Shown piece after piece: positions 61,555 to 64,000 of a stretch of 64,000 nt of DNA. A model generated the notes under the pieces. The model did no database searches. It had not been told where the DNA came from and saw only the letters and a list, made by a program, of their open reading frames with translations. Within the stretch, counting starts at the first letter, position 1. Every line of letters begins with the position of its first letter. Where the stretch lies: contig OX638152.1 in NCBI GenBank assembly GCA_951804945.1, positions 42,222,001-42,286,000 of the forward strand. Reading direction: 5' to 3'. A program made the translations under genes and the position numbers. The stretch is from Podarcis cretensis (Eukaryota).

Positions 61555-62195
61555 CACATGGGTTTGCCAGCAGTACATGTGAAAAAGATCTAGGGTTCTT
61601 AGTGGAGGCAAAAAAGGGTGATACAACAGAAGAAAAAAAAAAAGGCTAATGCTATTCTCTTGATCTGGAGACTATACTTCTAGAAGTAATAGTACTGCTC
61701 TATTCTGGCTTGGTCAGGCCACATTTGGAGTTTTGACAAATTAGGATGTGTGCAGAGGAGGGTGACCAAGATGATAAAGGGTCTGGAAACCAAGCCTTAT
61801 GAGCAATGGTTGAGGGAGTTGGGTTGTTCATCCTGGAAAAGGGGAGACTGAGAGCAGATGTGATAGTCATCTTCAAATATCTAAAGGGCTTCCACATGGA
61901 AGATGGAGCAAGCTAGTTTTCTCCTGCTCTGGAGGTTAGGACCCAAACCAATGGATTCAAATGACAAGAAAGGGGATTCATGCCAAACATTAGGAAGAAC
62001 TTTATGACAGTAAGAGCTGTTCAACAGTGGAACAGACTTCCTCGGGAGTTGGTAGGCTCTCCTTCACTGGAGGTTTTTAAGCAGAGATTGGATGGCTATA
62101 TATCAGGGATGCTTTATTTGTGATTCCTGTGTTGCATGGGTTGGTCTACATGACCCTCACGGTCCTTTCCAAGTCTACAATTCCAGGATTCTATT
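61555..62195 (+). mobile_element. CR1 LINE 3' portion
   Basis: TCEKDLG-like motif, LVRPHLE (TTGGTCAGGCCACATTTGGAG), VFKYLKG-like motif, and an ATTCCAGGATTCTATT tail. Confidence 0.88.
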
Positions 62196-64000
62196 ATTTA
62201 TTCATTCCATACACAAAACACACCACTGTTCTTTCCTTGTGACCTTTTCTAGTTTTCTGCCCCTTTTCAGCTGTTCCAGGTTTCATAGCTTGAGCACAAC
62301 GATGCCATTCAGCAGGGCAGCATAGAGACTTTAAAAGTGTGTTCTACATTGCCACATTCCTTGCCCAAGTAAACCACCCCTTTTCCAGGCATAATACTAT
62401 GTATCTGTGCTAATTATTGTTGGGACGGGAGACACTCTTGCATGCTTTCTTGTGGGTAGGGAGTTCAGAGCTTTCCATTCAAGAAAATGATCATCACCTT
62501 TGAGGAATTGAGTCTGCAGCATTAAACTATTTTTAATGTGAGCAATTGAGCAGTTTGGTGCTTAGCAGTTTGCGCACTGTGCTTCCCCCACCTTTTGCTG
62601 TTTCCTTTAGATAGCATTGTACTGTGATCTCCTTTGTACAGTGCTGATTGTCATACCCAGTTTTCTCATCTTCTAGGCAGTGTTTACTCATTGTGAAAAC
62701 TGCTGCTTGAAGGCAAAAGCACTGCAAAATGTAATCATGAACAAGTACCTTGCGGATCTCTTGGGGGAGGACAAAAGTATTATTGTATGTAGTTTTAATT
62801 TTGTGAAGTGTGTTGCGAGCTTGGTATATCTTATTTCCCTGTTGCCTTGTAAAAGATTCACCTTGTGTTTAATATTCAGCCAGCTTTTTTATTGGAAGAA
62901 AATGGATTGTTGTTCAAACAGCCTAAATGCCAAGCTAGTTCAAATCTATAAATAAAAGCCCTGCTTTCATGGTACGTGACCTGCCTCTTTCATACTGAAA
63001 AGCTAAAATGTATGTGATGTACCTGTAGAAACATGTAGAGGCCAAATGAGGGAGCAGGTTGAGGGAAAACCAGTGTTTGGCACCACCAAATTGCATTTCC
63101 TAGTGTAATTCCAAGCCCTTTTCAGATAGCAGCAACAGGCTATACTTTTTTTTTTAGATTGACCGACTAGTCACAAAAATATGACTAAAATGCTATATTT
63201 CATGAATTGTCATCTTCCGCCTGCTAAAATAGGATGGTGATGGAAGCAGTAGATTTGTTATTTTTATGAAGGGCCCTGCGAACTGTAGTCCTGATGATTT
63301 GTTGTGAACTGATCACAAAGCCTAGCTGTAATGTTTGTTGCTGCTTTTACATATGACCAATTTTGGCAAAGTGCCTTTATCTGAACTAAGCTGCCCTACT
63401 TTGTAACCAAACTTTTGCAGTATCAGGCAAAAAAAAAAAATCCCTCCAGTGTAGGTATGAATCCATCTTATAAATCTGGATACTGACTTCATTCTTCATA
63501 ATATATTAAGCTTTTTTTATCATGTCCAGATTGGTAAATGAGAAGTGTGTAACAATACTTTTAAACATGTTTGCATTTAATACCTTTTTATCGCAGCTCT
63601 CTGTGATAACTACTAGTACTGATAAACTTCTTCTCAGGTTGTATGGTAGGAAATGAGCAGTAAGCTATACGGTTTTTACAGTTCATCTTATTTACATTTG
63701 TGCACCTTCAGAATGTGGCTCAGTTCTGCATGATATTAACTTCTGTTTAGTGAAAAATGTTTATTTTGGCACTGTATTCCATGTTACTGCAGGATGTATC
63801 TGTCTTAGTAGTATAGAAACGGTATTATTGATTCAAATCGTTTTGTTTATTTAAACTCTCAGGTTACCATGAGAAGTTTTAATACTTACATTAACACACA
63901 AAACAAACAAGCATTAATACCTACAAATATAAATAAAGTCCTTTCAAGTTTGGTAAGTAGCATAAAGCAAAAGCAAGATGATTCATTAGAACAACGTAAA

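Overview
Eukaryotic (vertebrate) genomic DNA. The Sauria SINEs and the CR1/L2/RTE/MITE content point to a squamate reptile, probably a lacertid lizard. The window holds the 5' part of one + strand protein-coding gene, PTGFRN (CD9P-1/EWI-F, an Ig-superfamily tetraspanin partner). It comprises a CpG-island promoter (~9.3-11.0 kb), a 55-nt signal-peptide exon 1, a ~27.5 kb intron 1, and exons 2-5, each a phase-1/phase-1 exon encoding one V-type Ig domain (1663 coding nt in total). Exon 6 onward was not found and presumably lies beyond 64 kb. The rest is intergenic or intronic sequence with five Sauria SINEs, eight TA-flanked Tc1/mariner-pogo-type MITEs, CR1, L2 and RTE fragments, small hairpin MITEs and microsatellites. 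Nearly all other ORF-track entries look spurious or are LINE remnants. I see no convincing new biological system. The best leads are modest: inverted SINE and CR1 pairs bracketing a stop-free 1608-nt exon 2-5 block (circRNA candidate), a 64-nt pre-miRNA-sized hairpin, an octamer-motif cluster, a ~330-bp tandem duplication in intron 1, and a few candidate antisense exons. Repeat family names come from my recognition of motifs, not from a database search, and LINE fragment boundaries are approximate.
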